Shown here piece by piece: positions 23,641-38,145 of a stretch of 64,000 bases of DNA. This DNA is from Chiloscyllium plagiosum (taxonomy: Eukaryota): contig NC_057718.1 of assembly GCF_004010195.1 (NCBI RefSeq), forward strand, positions 69,773,213 through 69,837,212, given 5' to 3'. How positions within the stretch are numbered: position 1 is the stretch's first letter; the number at the start of each line of letters is the position of its first letter. The notes under the pieces are model-generated. The model ran no database searches, had not been told where the DNA came from, and saw nothing but the letters and a program-made list of their open reading frames with translations. Position numbers and translations under genes: made by a program.

Positions 23641-25029
23641 CTGGTCCACTTAAAATATAATTCTCAACTTCATTGCTGTACTTTGGCAATTTCATTGTAG
23701 TGGTATGGCCAGGATGCTTTGCATGCAGGGATGGCATCCATACGGTTCTTTGGAGCAAGGCTGCACCTCAGATCTTTGATGCTATCTCAGCACTCACTTA
23801 AGTCATGCCTACTTAGATCCCCATGTTATCTCAGAACCTACCTTGCTTTTTTGTGCAGTCCATTTCATTCATTAAATGCTAACAGTACTTCTGAATGCCT
23901 GACAATATAGTGCAGATGCAAAACCAGGCAGCTTGGTGGGCATTTCCATCACAGTCAACCGGGGTAATATCTGATCTCAAATCAGGGATGAATTGGCTGC
24001 TTTGGTCAGGGATTTGTATCACTGAACTTCAGGGAGTGGTTTAAGGTCAATTGTACAGTTCCAATGCAACCAAATTCAGAGTGGTAAATCAGTCAGGGAG
24101 GTGCATAGAGATCATTCAAGAATCTTATCATTCACCAGTTAGGGTTGTCCTTCCATGTCAGTCAGAGAAGTGGTGGGTAGGCCACTCTCAGTCCTCAGGG
24201 CCAGCTTACTGAAAGTCAAGGGGTCACCCTCTGGTAAAAAAACTTTCGGAAGTCACTTGTAGGACTTGGAGGCATGCCAGGATTTGGAGGGGAAAACGAA
24301 TTGTGAATGGAAGCAATATATAACAGTGGAAGACCATAGTTCCAGGGTTACTATGGAAGGGGTTGTCACCAAATTTGGCTGGGTGCTTTTTTTTCAGCAC
24401 AGACAGAATGGGTCAAATGGAATCTGTGATGTAAACTTTCTATGATGTGTGGGAGTGCAGCACCGAAGAGGGGCATCTTTCAGCACCTAAGGTTCTCACT
24501 GCCCTGTCAGGTGATGTAAAAGATTCCCTGGGATCAATTGAAGATAATCAGGGGCGTTCTCTTAGTGTTTTTGACAATATTTATCCAATTTTATAAGAAT
24601 CCTTTGCTAAATTTTTGCTTGTGCAGATATTTTATTATCATTATTGGATATTCCTTTCATCTCTCCTTATTCTTTCAACTTTAGAAAAACCCTGCAACAG
24701 AGGTTAATCAGTAAAAACGTGTCATTTCACTGTTGTTATGAATGTTGTGTTATCCTAGTTTCTAATGGTAGTTATGTGATTTCATGGTATTTCTATTCTT
24801 ATCAGTTGGATATTTCTCGCATTTCTCCTCCAATTAACATTTTGCCTTCATACTCAGGAGGGATTTTGCCATTAGTCTTTCCAGGCCTCCTTTTTAGTGA
24901 TTACACTATTGTTTATACGTTTTGTCATTTGTACTTAGCACTAATTTAATTCATAGAATTTATATATGTCAGCTTTATGTTTCCTTTTAGGATCTCCTTT
25001 TCCTGCCATTTGCAAAGGACTTTTTCATG

Positions 25030-26230
25030 GTTAACTCCTCCATCAGTTATATTTATTTCTCAACTGAAGCTATATTTCTTACCAGATATCAAGAAAGAAG
25101 CATAACAAGAAAGAAGCAGCAGTCTCCAACTTCGAATTACTGGGTGAGTCATGAATGTTTCAATCCCAAGTGCGACGGAAATGAAAGGGAATATAAGGTA
25201 GAACTGAGATCTCTTCTGACCTCAGTGGCAAACCATGTGATAGCTAATAAAATGAATAAGATGCCTGAACAAATAAAAGTGGTATATCTGTTAATAATAT
25301 CAGAGAAAGATTGAATGAAGCAGTAAAGCCACACACTGAAGAAATTTTGAATGACTTGAAGGGTCATTTTAGAGCCTCTTTTGATTATAGTGTATAAACA
25401 GTATAAATTCAAAATCCGAACTCAAAGTGGGAATATATAATAGCATATCTACCTGATATATGTGATTTTGGAAAACTGGAAGATGATGTCATTGAAGGTA
25501 GAATTATTATGGGCAGACAAGATTCTGCCATGAGAGTACATCTGCTGACAAAGGAGGAACTATCTGTTAAGAAAGCTATTGACATGTGCAGAAGCTTTGA
25601 ACTTGTCAGTAATGAAGTACAGTGTATTAATAAGAGAATGTATGAGGCAATCAATTAAGTTAAGAGGTATTCTTAACTTAACAAGGAAACATGTTGGAAA
25701 AAGGAATAGATATTTGCAGAACAGCCAGCAGAAAGGTCAAAGCCAGAGTATAGAATATAAGTATGCAGAGAACACCATACAAAAGAAAGAAAGCATGCAC
25801 AACTGAGGAAAACAATGTTTTAACCACAACAAGCTAAATCACTTTGCCTGCAAAGGTTTAGCTCAACAGAAGCAAAGCAAGCTGACAGACAAAGGGTCAT
25901 TGGACATGCAACATTAACTTTGTGTTCTCTCTCCACTTGCTGCCAGACCTGCTGTGTTCCTCAAGAACTCTGTTTTTAATTTAGATTTCTAGCACCTGCA
26001 GTTCATTGTGCTCATTTAAGCCGATACAGATGTTTGTCAGAGAGAGATCAGTCAATGTTTCCGACAAATTTTAAAGCTAGATAAAAGCAACAATTTTCTA
26101 ACTACATTCCAGATGCCAGTCAGGAAAATTGCATAATTATACATGATGTTTGGTGCATCACTGCTCTGGAAGAGTATCAATATACACATCATAAGATAGT
26201 CCGTGATCTTCCTGGAGCTTAAGTTAAGAA
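25030..26230 (+). mobile_element. Decayed Gypsy-like gag region; RNase H remnant resumes at about 29490-29960
   Basis: RIIMG..LLTKEELSVKKAIDMCRSFE; AVESDHKSLQ at about 29910-29940. Confidence 0.5.
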
Positions 26231-26369
26231 TGATCTGCTAGTCTATGAATGTGGAATAAGGTAGAAGGTAACATTGCAAGGCGCAATCAGAATCTAGTTT
26301 GATTATGAGAAAGAGCTTGCCAGATGAACCTGAAATTGAACATGATGATGCATTTGAAAATGGCTAAAG

Positions 26370-29300
26370 TCACACCTGTAGGTCATGTACCAACAGCGAA
26401 AAGCCTTTGTCTGTATCCTGGGGGTAGTGGGTGCAGTTGCATGGAAAATTATGGAAAAAGCTAAAGGGAGGGAGAGCGCAGAGATTAATAAAGTTTCCAG
26501 AACAAGTAATAGGACGTAGAATGTTGGAAAGGCTCAAGCATCTAATTTTAGGCACAGTAGATATGGGGACAATTATGACAAGAGTGACAGTCAATACAGG
26601 ACTGGGAGTGTTGTACTTAAATGTATGGAGTATACAAAACAAGGTAAATGAGCTTGAAATGGAGATTGAAATTGATGGGTACAATGCTGTGGGTATTGCA
26701 GAGACACAGCTGCAAGGGAATGAGGATAGGGAACTAAATATCCAAGGATATGCATCTTATTGCAGTGTCAGGCAGATGGACATAAGGAGGTGAGGTTGCC
26801 TTGTTAGTGAGAAATTAGGTTAGATTGATAAAAAGAAATGATGTGGAGTCAGGAGATGTAGAATCTGTGTGCAGAGTTGAGGAACTGCAAAGCAAGAAAG
26901 TCGTCAGGATGTGGGGAAGAAGATAAATCAGGAGATAGAAAAGGTAAGTAGGAAAGGAACTATTACAATAATTGTAAGGGACTTCAGCTGGACTAGGAAA
27001 ATCAGGTTGATAGTTGAACCCAAATCATGGAATTCTATGAGATGGTTTTTTGGAGCAGCTTCTCATAGATCTGGCTAGGGAACAGGGAGTTCTAGATCTG
27101 GTGATGTGTAATGAGGCAGATATGATTGGGGAGCTTAAGGTAAAGAAAACACTCAGGGGCAGTGACAATAGTATGATAGAATTCACCCTGCAGTTTGAGA
27201 GGGCAAAGCTGTAATCAGAAGTAACAATATTACAATTGAGTAATGGTACAACAGAGTGTTACAAGGGGACATAAATTTAAGGTGAAGGGTGGAAGGTATA
27301 GGGGAGATTCACCCTGCAGTTTGAGAGGGCAAAGCTGTAATCAGAAGTAACAATATTACAATTGAGTAATGGTTACTACAAAGATATGAGGAAGGAGCTT
27401 GCCTGAGTTGATTGGACAGGGTGCCTCGTAGGGAACACAGTGGAGCAGCAATGGAAGGAGTTTCTGGGGCTCTCCCAGGAGGCATAGCAGAAATTCATCC
27501 CTAGGAAGAAGAAACATACTAAGAGAGAAATAAGCAATCATGGCTGACAAGGGAAGTCAGGGACGGCATAAAAGCAGAAGAAAAGAACGTGGTGAAGATT
27601 AGTGGGAAACCAGAGGATTGGGAAGCCTTTAAAAACCAGCAAAAGATACCTGAAAGAGCAGTAATGGAGGAGAAAATAAACAATGTGAGTACATTAGTTT
27701 GTAATATAAAATAAGTTTACATGAGTTTTTTAAGATATATAAAATGTAAGAGACAGGTAAGAATGGACATAGGACCACTGAAAACCGAAGCTAGAGAAGT
27801 AATAATGAGGAACAAAGAAATGGCAGAGGAACGGAATAAGTATTTTGCTTCAGTCTTCAAGGTGGAAGACACCAGAAGCACATGAGAAATTTAAGAGTCA
27901 GGGACTGAGGTGATTAAAGTGGCCATCATGAAGGAGCAAATGTTTAGGGAGCCTTAAAGTGTGAAGTTGGAAAGATCATCTGCACCATGAACAACATACC
28001 AGAGTTCAGAAGGAAATAGCTGAGGAGGTTGGTGATGATCTTTCAGGAGTCATTGGCATCAAGGAGGGTCTCAAAGGACTGGAAAATGGGCAGATGTAAC
28101 ATCCCTGTTTAAAAATAGAGGGAGGCAGAAGACAGACACACCAGTTAGCCTAATCTTGTTTGTTGATATGATTTTAGAGTCCATTATTAAGGATGAAATT
28201 GCAGTATATTTGGAAATGCCATGAATAAAATCAGATTGAGATAGCACAGCTTCATCAACAGGAGGTAATGTCCGACAAATCTGTTTGAATTCTTTGAGGA
28301 GGTACCAAGTAAGTTTCAAAAAGGAGAGCCAATGAACATGATCTAATTGGATTACTAGAAGGCCTTTGACAAACTGGTGCGTTGGACACTACTAAATAAG
28401 ACAAGAGCAAAAGGTGTTAGGGGCAAGGTACTGGCATAGCAAGAAGATTCATTGGCAGAGGGCAGAAAGTGGGAATATAGGAGTTATTTTCAAAATGGCA
28501 GCTGGTGACTAGTGGAGTTCCACAGGGGTCAGCATTGGGACCACAACTTTTGTGTTATGCATGATCTATCTGGACAAAGGAACTGAGGGCATTGTTGCTA
28601 AGTTGCAGATGACACCAAGGTAGGCAGAGGAACAGGCAGTGATGAAGAAATGGGGAGGTTGCAGAAGGGCTTGGACAGGTTAGGAAGGTGGGCAAAGAAG
28701 TGCAAAAGGAATGAAATGTGGGAAAGTGTAAGATAAATGGTAGGAAGAATAAAAGTATAGACTATTTGTTAAATGGGAAAAGGCTGTGGAAATCTGAAGC
28801 ACAAAAGGACTTAGGATTCCTAGTTCAGGATTCTCTTAATGTTTACATCCAGGTTTCCGTTGGCAGTTAGGAAGGCAAATGCTTTTGTTAGCCTTCATTT
28901 ATAGAGGACTACAAACGAGAGCAGTGATGTATTGCTGAGGCTATATATGGCTCTGGTCAGACTATATTTGGAACATTAGGAGCTGTTTTGGCCTCTGCAT
29001 CTAAGGAAGGATGTGCTGACATTGGGGACATCAAGAGAAATCTTACAAGAATGATCCTGGTGATTAAGAGCTTGACATATCGGGAGCAGTTGATGACTCT
29101 GGGTCTGTACTCAGTGAGTTTAAAAGGATGAGGGGAAAGCTTTCTAAATACTGAGAGGCTTGGATACAGTGGGTGTGGAAGAGTTGTTTCCACTAATAAG
29201 AGATAGAGGACACAGTCTTAGAGTGAAAGGGGTACAACTGAGGAGAATTTTCTTCAGCGTATCAGTGGTGAATCTGTGGAACTCATAGCTGCAGAAGGCT

Positions 29301-29480
29301 CAGGAGGCTAAGTCATTGAGTGTATTTAAGACAGAATTAGATAGGTCCTGGATTAGTAAGGGGATCAAGGATTAAGAAGAGAAAATAGGAAAATGGTGCA
29401 AAATATATCAGCCATAATTAAATGGTAGAGCAGTCTTGATGAGTAGAATGGCTTAATTCTACTCCTATATCTTGTGATCT
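26370..29480 (+). mobile_element. Near-full-length decayed CR1 ORF2 (APE endonuclease plus RT)
   Basis: LYLNVWSIQNKVNELEMEIEIDGYNAVGIAETQL; RT motifs further on; small internal duplication about 27182-27252 / 27308-27377. Confidence 0.82.
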
Positions 29481-30559
29481 GTTGAGCAGAGAGCTGTAGT
29501 AGAGATACAATGGCCAACAGATGTGAAAGTAGAGCAATGATTTTTCGATTTGTGAACTTATTAGCAAAGTGTTTACATAATTTGTTATCTGCAAGTGAAC
29601 CTGTACACAAGCTAAAACAGATTGTACACTGGCATTCAGGCAGAGAACAAGAAGTAGCTTTCACAAGAATCTAACAACTAGTGATTGTAAGACTAGTTTC
29701 TGGATCAGTGGTGCTGGAAGAGCACAGCAATTCAGGCAGCATCCGAAAAGCTGTAAGACTAGTGCTGAGGTACAATGACATTAATGATGAAGTCACTTTG
29801 CCATGTGACCCACTAACACAAACTGAACAATGCTACAGAGAGAGATAGTGCCTGTCTATTGACTTTGATTGTGTACATTTAATCATGCTTGTTGAGGAAA
29901 GAAACATGGCAGTAGAATCTGACCACAAATCACTTCAAAGATTTTCCCTTTCAGGCCGCTCCAAAATTTGATATCAACATGGCGGTTTCAGGATCCTAAA
30001 ACAAGATCCAACACTCTACTTTTCAAAGATCTCCTGCATTAAGTCTTGGCTATAATCTCTCAACAGCTATCTAACTGATCAACTCTATTCAAAATTTAAA
30101 AGAACATTGATGCCATTACATCAAACCTCCCACTTCTCCAAAGAAGAATGAACATTTCTGGTAATTTAAATCCTGACTAATCAAGCATTTTCACCTCTAC
30201 AAACTCAAAATAAATAATACCCATCCAAACAATGGATGTGAATTGCATATAGCTGCCTGATTGGAATTTTGTCAATTGTACTTTGGGTATAGGTGACAAT
30301 GGCATGGAAACCCTGAAGACATAAAATAATACATGTCTTGTTGCCAGCCCTATGTGCTTGACAGGGCATAGCACATGGTTGCCATCTGTGAACTGTTAGT
30401 GTGAGGAGACCTTCATATGCGATTTCACTTAAACCTCCTGTTCATTTCTCGCATGTTTCACAAACTTAATAGATGCATGTCATTGACCATTTGTGCTAGT
30501 CACTCTCAGACAAAAATGGAAGTCCTTCACTTGCAACATTTTAGGAGAAAGCAATGGTT

Positions 30560-32448
30560 TTTGTCACTAGAATAATTGTCCAAAATGTCAGGCAATGCAC
30601 TGGCTTTGAATCAGACCAGGGCAGATGGTAGAATCTGATTTACGTTTTAAAAACTAATAATGACTAAGAAGCCATTGTAAAGATCCACCTGATTCAAGAA
30701 GAAAATCTGCCATTCGTACCTGGTTCAAGCAGAAGGCTAGTAAAACACAGCAAGCCAGGCAGCATCAGGAGGTGGAGAAGTTGTCGTTGCGGGTGTAACC
30801 CTTCTTCACGACCTGGTTCGGCCTACGTGTGATTCCAGACCATAGTAATGTGGTTGACTCTCAACTGCCCTCTGAAATGGTCTCACAAGTTACACTTTGT
30901 ATCAAACTGCTAAAATATCACAAAAAAGGAAATAAACTGGACAGGCCAGCCGGCATAGACCTAGACACTGGAAAAGAATATAATAGCAAACTCAGCCCTG
31001 ACAACCTTGCAGAATTCTTCTTACTATACCTGGGGCCTTGAATCAAAATTAGGAGAGCTGTCTCATAGACTAGTCAAGCAATAGTCTGACATAGTTTTAC
31101 TCATTGAATTTCATCTTACAGACCATGTATCTGACATCACCACTATCACTGGGTCTGTCCTGCCAATGGGCAGAGGTGGCAATACAGAGTTACACAGTCA
31201 GAAGGGAATTTCCCTGGAATCCTCAACATTGACTTCAACCCCATGGGGTCAGGCCAAAATGGGAAAGGAAACTTCCAGCAGACATATCCCAGATTGGCTT
31301 ATGATTCAGTACTTTTCCATGTTGAACACCACTTGGAGGAAGTACTGAGGGTGGCAAGGGCACAAAATATACTTTGGAAGAGGGACTTTAGTGACCATCA
31401 TTAATAGTGGCCCAACAGCACCTCTACTGATCATGCTAGTCAAGTCTCAAAAGACATAGCTGGTAGACTTTGTCTGAGCATGTGGTGAGGAAAAGAACTA
31501 GAAGAAAAAAATCTACCAGACCTCATCCTTAGCAATCTATTTGGTGAAGACAGCACCAATAGGATCAATCACTGCACAAATCTTTGTAGGAATGATACCT
31601 GCCTTCACAATGATAAAACCTTACATCATACTATCACCACGCTTGATGGGACAGAATTCGAGCAGATTTATCAACTAAAGTCTGGGCAACCATGAAGTGC
31701 TATAGGCCATTAGCAGCATCAAAATTATACTCTGTAACCTCATGGCCTGGCATATCCTGAATCCTACCATAACCATCGAACTAGGCAATTAACCCTAGTT
31801 CAATGAAGAGTGCAAGAGAGCATGCCAGGAGCAGCACTAGGTATACCTAAAAAGGAGGTCTCAACCTGGTGAAGCTACAAACTGCTAAAATAGATGCAGT
31901 TAAGTGATGGTTCAGATCTAAGTGATGGGCAGTCCTGACATATCTAGTTGTGAATGGTGGTGAACAATTAAACAACATATTGGAGGATGAGACTCCACAA
32001 ATATCCACATCCTCAATAACTGGAGAGTCCAGCATATCAATGCAAGAGACAAGCCATTTTCAGGCAGAAGTGCCAAATGGATGATCTGTTTCAGCCTTGT
32101 CCAGAAGTCCTCAGCATCATGACACCTGTCTTTAGACAATTTGACTAATTTCACATGATTTCAAGTAACAGTTGGAAGCACTGGATACTGTAAAGGCTGT
32201 GGGCACTGAATATTCTGGCAGCAGGATTGAAGGCTTGGGGCCAGACTTCCCACAGCCTTAAGCCAAACTGTTTTGGCATGGCTGCAATATTGGCATCTAC
32301 CCAACCATGCAGAAAATTGCCCACTGCACAATGAATGTTCTGTAAAGTGCCTTGCCCTGTATACATAAAGCAACCCAGTCAATTACCATTTCATCAGTCT
32401 ATTCTGGATCACCAGCAAAGGGATGATTAACAGCATGATTAACATTGC
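30560..32448 (+). mobile_element. Decayed L2/CR1-group LINE, resuming at about 33690-33850
   Basis: Endonuclease-like start (LVKQ*SDIVLLIE) and later ISLFWITSKGM / VTVLDIK..AFDQ remnants. Confidence 0.5.
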
Positions 32449-33685
32449 AAGGTCCTCACCCTTAACAATTTCTCCTTCGAATCCTCCCACTTCCTCCAGA
32501 CCAAAGGGGTAGCCATGGGCACACGTATGGGCCCCAGCTATGCCTATCTCTTTGTTGGCTACGTAGAACAGTCGATCTTCCGTAATTACACTGGCACCAT
32601 TCCCCACCTCTTCCTCCGCTACATTGATGACTGCATTGGCGCCACCTCATGCTNNNNNNNNNNNNNNNNNNNNNNNNNNNNNNNNNNNNNNNNNNNNNNN
32701 NNNNNNNNNNNNNNNNNNNNNNNNNNNNNNNNNNNNNNNNNNNNNNNNNNNNNNNNNNNNNNNNNNNNNNNNNNNNNNNNNNNNNNNNNNNNNNNNNNNN
32801 NNNNNNNNNNNNNNNNNNNNNNNNNNNNNNNNNNNNNNNNNNNNNNNNNNNNNNNNNNNNNNNNNNNNNNNNNNNNNNNNNNNNNNNNNNNNNNNNNNNN
32901 NNNNNNNNNNNNNNNNNNNNNNNNNNNNNNNNNNNNNNNNNNNNNNNNNNNNNNNNNNNNNNNNNNNNNNNNNNNNNNNNNNNNNNNNNNNNNNNNNNNN
33001 NNNNNNNNNNNNNNNNNNNNNNNNNNNNNNNNNNNNNNNNNNNNNNNNNNNNNNNNNNNNNNNNNNNNNNNNNNNNNNNNNNNNNNNNNNNNNNNNNNNN
33101 NNNNNNNNNNNNNNNNNNNNNNNNNNNNNNNNNNNNNNNNNNNNNNNNNNNNNNNNNNNNNNNNNNNNNNNNNNNNNNNNNNNNNNNNNNNNNNNNNNNN
33201 NNNNNNNNNNNNNNNNNNNNNNNNNNNNNNNNNNNNNNNNNNNNNNNNNNNNNNNNNNNNNNNNNNNNNNNNNNNNNNNNNNNNNNNNNNNNNNNNNNNN
33301 NNNNNNNNNNNNNNNNNNNNNNNNNNNNNNNNNNNNNNNNNNNNNNNNNNNNNNNNNNNNNNNNNNNNNNNNNNNNNNNNNNNNNNNNNNNNNNNNNNNN
33401 NNNNNNNNNNNNNNNNNNNNNNNNNNNNNNNNNNNNNNNNNNNNNNNNNNNNNNNNNNNNNNNNNNNNNNNNNNNNNNNNCCTATCACCTTCATCCCCTC
33501 TCCCACTCACCTATTGTACTCTATGCTGCTTTCTCCCCACCCCCACTCTTCTCTCACTTATCTCTCCACCCTTCAGGCTCTCTGCCTTTATTCCTGATGA
33601 AGGGCTTTTGCCCGAAAGGTCGATTTTACTGCTCCTTGGATGCTGCCTGAACTGCTGTGCTCTTCCAGCACTACTAATCCAGAAT
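32449..33685 (+). mobile_element. Penelope-like element RT fragment spanning an assembly gap
   Basis: QTKGVAMGTRMGPSYAYLFVGYVEQSIF..LFLRYIDDCIG; terminal repeat with hammerhead motif at about 33590-33625. Confidence 0.82.
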
Positions 33686-34190
33686 CCCTTACTGAGAAAT
33701 AACCTACTTACTAGTGCATAGTTAGGGCTCTGCCAGCTCCTAATCTCATTACAGCCTTGGCTCAAACACGAACAAAAGAGATGAACAATAGAGAGACGTG
33801 ACAGTGACTGTCCTTGACATCAAAATGCCCTCAGCATTTGATCAAATGTAACAGCAAAAATTACTGAATAAGGGCTTATGCCCGAAACGTCGATTCTCCT
33901 GTTCCCTGGATGCTGTCTGACCTGCTGCGCTGTTCCAGCAACACATTTTCAGCCCTTTCCACCATTCTAAGGTCAGAAGTGGTGCTTCATTTGGAACCAG
34001 GAATTATTTACCAGGTAGGCAAACGGCAAATCTGAATAGAAAGACTTTATTGATGATCCTCACAATTCTACAGTCTGTTTTTGATTGGATCCCAAGCACC
34101 ACCCCTCTGGGTCACCTTAAAGGGGTAGCACCCCCAACTACGTACATAACACCCTTCCTCCTTTATTTTAAACTTTCATTAATAAACATG

Positions 34191-34495
34191 TGGGCTGCAT
34201 GGTGGCTCAGTGGTTAGCACTGCTGCCTCACAGCATCAGGAACATGGGTTTGATTCCAGTGTTGGGTGACTGTGTGGCATTTGCACATTCTCCCCATGTC
34301 TGCATGGATTTCCTCCCACAATCCAAAGATGTGCAGGCTAGGTGAATTGGCAATGATAAATTGCCTGTAGTGTTCAGGGATGTGGAGGTTAGGTGCATCA
34401 GCCAGGGGTAAATGTAGAGTAATAGGGGAATGGGTCACTCTTCAGAGGGTCAGTGTGGACTTGTTGGACACTGTAAGGATTCTATTCTATGATTC
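34191..34495 (+). mobile_element. HE1 SINE
   Basis: tRNA head and conserved core. Confidence 0.8.
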
Positions 34496-36322
34496 TAACA
34501 ATTATCAAGATCATTTAGACATTGTGGCCAACATATGTATATAGTCAGGAATATTTACAAAAGAATGGCAAACGTGGAAGAATGATCACTCCACTTCATG
34601 TAAGACAGTCTGACCATTGACTACAAAGACATGATCAGTTTCTCAGGGGAGTGGTAATTTCAGATGACCGTTCGGTCATCTCATTACTATTTTCTAATGT
34701 AGTCTCCTGGGCTTCTGGCAGCTCCTATTATTTAGCAGATACATCGTTCTCTAATTGACTGTTTTTGTCCTGTCATGTTGCTGTTGTCTCCTCCTTGGGT
34801 ATGACCAACTCTGGCTCGGCTTAGTCAACACCCTTGGTTCCAACTGGACTGGCTGAGTATTCTGTGGGTCCTGCCCCAGTTGTCGAGGTGCAGCAACCAG
34901 CTGGTCTATGTGTCTCCTCCAGACCAGTTCATCCCTAGTCTGTATCCTGTATTGATAATTGACCTATGTGAACCACCACCAGCACCAGAATCCATTTTCA
35001 CCTCGACATACATTTCTGGGTCAACATGGTCTCTCCTCTGTGGAATAACATAGACCTTGAGGTTACTACTCTGCTGGGCAGCTGTCCTTCTTGATTTCAC
35101 TCCAACACCTCCCTGGTCTCTTTCAGCCGCAGATAGTCAAATATGATTTTCAGCTATTGGTTGAACATTAAGGACCCTGGTGAACACTGGTTTGACACTT
35201 GTGCTGTGATCCCATTTGTGCTGAGAAACTTGTTGATTCACCATCCTAGTGACCTCTCCCTTTGTGAAATCTTTACGGCTTGCTTCAAGGTTTGAACAAA
35301 TTTTTCCACCTGGTCATTTGGTCATCAATCGGGTTATTTTAACATGAAGCCAATCTCACATTGAGTACCTGGAAAACCATCGAGCTCTTCACCACAAACT
35401 GTGGACCAATGTCACTCACAATTGATCGCAGTTCCAAAACCTGGAAAATATTTCATCCAGTCAGATCGTTGCTACTGCCAATACCAACTTCATGACCACC
35501 ACCTTGGGTCACTTGGAGCAGGCATCCATGACCACAAATAAAGTCCGTCTCTCTACAGCTCCCACAAAATCAATCTGAATACACTGCCATGGTGTTTGAG
35601 GACATTCCCATTGGTGAAGGCGCGTAATAGAAGTGTCTTTCTTACTAATCATATAGGATTTGCATGATCGCACTTCTTCCTCAATATGAAAGTCCAGAGT
35701 TAACCACAAAAAATAGTTGCTGGCTATTGACTTGATTCACACCATGTTGGGATGCCCTTGGTACATTGTTTGAGGACCTTTTGTCTTAATGGGGGAGAAT
35801 AACAACTCTTATTCCCCATATTAAACATCCATCCAATGCAGACAACTCCTGGATAGTTAAGGGCATAATTCTGGGTGGTTTCAATGACTGGACCTCACTC
35901 GTAGGCTTAAGACCACTACTTGGCTTGGAACCAGGTTCCAAGTAGCATTCTGCACCTAATTCGTTGCCAATGACCCCCTAACATCCTGGGAAAAATACAT
36001 ATTTTTCAGGTTCCAGTTGGAAATATCTGTATTCTGTGGGAGTAGCAGCATTGACAGAGCGTCTGCATTGCCAAGCTTCTCCGCCTGTTGGTCTTTGATC
36101 TGATATAAGTAGGCTGTCAAAACAACTACTCATCTCTGCAGATACTCTTATACAGACCAGAACTAGAGATTAGAGGCCTGTGGTTTGTCAGAAGCAGAAA
36201 GTGCCTGCTGTAAAAGAAATAGGTAATACTGCACACAATGTTTAATCCTCCTTTTGTGAATTGAGCATAATTCTGCTCCATATTTATTTGTGTGTGGAGG
36301 AGCTGGTGTTGGACTCTGATGA

Positions 36323-36842
36323 ACAAAGTTAAAAATCACACAACACCAGGTTATAGTCCAACAGGTTTATTTTGAAACACTAGCTTTCAGAGCGATGCTC
36401 CTTCAGGTAGTTGTGGAGCAGGACCGTAAGACACAGAATTCATAGCAAAAAATTACAGTGTCATGCGGCTGAAATGACATATTGAACAAACGACTCTAAC
36501 CCCACACCTTTAATGCATTGTCTGAGCTGAGATGTACCTTTTCCATGCTGTACATTTCTATGACTCTATTATCTCGAGATTGTGATGTAAAGAAAGTTCT
36601 GGGATTTGCATATTAATGAACCGAAACCTGCAACCCATTCTAAAAGATGAAAGACTTAACAACAATCTAGGATTGTTCAATATATCATTTCAGTTTTATA
36701 ACACTGTAATTTTTTCTAAAAGTTCTGTGTCTTATGGTTCCACTCTACAACTATCTGATAAAGGAGCAATGCTCCAAAAGCTAATGCTTCCAAATAAACC
36801 TGTTGGACTATAACCTGGTGTTGTGTTATTTTTAACTTTGTC
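36323..36842. mobile_element. Penelope-associated element bounded by about 80-bp inverted repeats
   Basis: ACAAAGTTAAAAATCACACAACACCAGGTTATAGTCCAACAGGTTTATT at the left end and its reverse complement at the right; related to 43380-43830 and 63370-63566. Confidence 0.65.
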
Positions 36843-38145
36843 TTTATTTGTGACCTCCATGCAAATGTGATGAGGCTTTCCTCTCCATTTGGTGATATAT
36901 GACAATATATCACCAATCCCATGAGGCTAGGCATCATACACAAACTGTATTGGCAAATTTGGGTTGAAATGTGTTAGCATTTCTGAACTTTTTAAGCTTG
37001 CTTCACCTCCCTGTAAGCCACCTTATATTCGTGGGTCCTCCTACACTTGCCCTTTTCCCAGCAACTGATACAAGGAGTTGCCAGATCAGACATAGATTTG
37101 CCATAGTAATTTACAAGTTCCAAAAACAATCTAAGTTGACAAACATTCTCTGGTCCAGTGGCTTTCATGACAGCATACTTCTTTGGAACCTTGTGTAGTC
37201 CCTCACCATCAATTACATGGCCCAAGTACTCTCTGGGGTTTTTTTTTAGAAAAACGTGTATTGCTTTCTTTCTACTTGGTGGCCGTACTCCTACAAACAT
37301 TTCAGGGCTCCTTTCTAGATTTTTCAAATGCTCCTCTTCAGAGGATCCAGTAAGCAAAATATCATCTAGATAATATTGGACTCCTGACAACCCACTTAGT
37401 ATTTGATCCATGGCTGTCTGGAACAGAGATAGTGCTGATGTGATGCCAAAAGGAAGTCACTTATAATGGAAATGTCCCCTACATGTTACTATTGTCAGCA
37501 ATGGCTGAAACTCCTTCACAAGCCCCATCTGTAGGTAGGCCTGCGACAGATCCATTTTTGAATCTTTCTTTCCACCTGCCAGTCCACTGAATAGATCTCC
37601 TACAAATGGAAGTGGGTATTGATCCTCACTCAGGGTTGGGTTCACTGTGACCTTAAAGTCACCACACATCCTAACCGCTATCCGTTTTTAAGACTGGATT
37701 GATGAGTGACCCATTCACTGGTGGTTACTGTTTCCAATGTTCCCTGATTCACCAACTGTTCCAGTTCTGCCTCCACTTTAGGCTGGAAAGCATATAGTAC
37801 CAGACAGGCCTTCAGACTCCTGGGACAAGCATGTAATCGGTTGTAATTAAATGTTGACTCCTTTCATTTTTCCCAAGGTTCCTTTGAAGACATCTTTGTA
37901 GTTGTCCAGGATTTCTTGCAAACTTATGTTTGAATCTGCCAACCTTTAACCACACCACAGTTTAACCTTAACTTTTGTAACCAGGAGCATCCAAATAATG
38001 CAAAGTATTTTCCTTTTTCTAGGTAAAATGGCAAATCTGCATAATGGTCCGACACTGTAATTTCACAAATACATAGCCCTTCAATGATACCACTTGTTCC
38101 CTGTATGTCTGTAAGAGTCTTAACAGGCTTCAATGATAGTGCCAA

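Noticed and set aside
32515..33721. Long ORFs of 287-365 aa
   Set aside because: Artefacts of the N gap at 32654-33480; only a short PLE RT piece is real.
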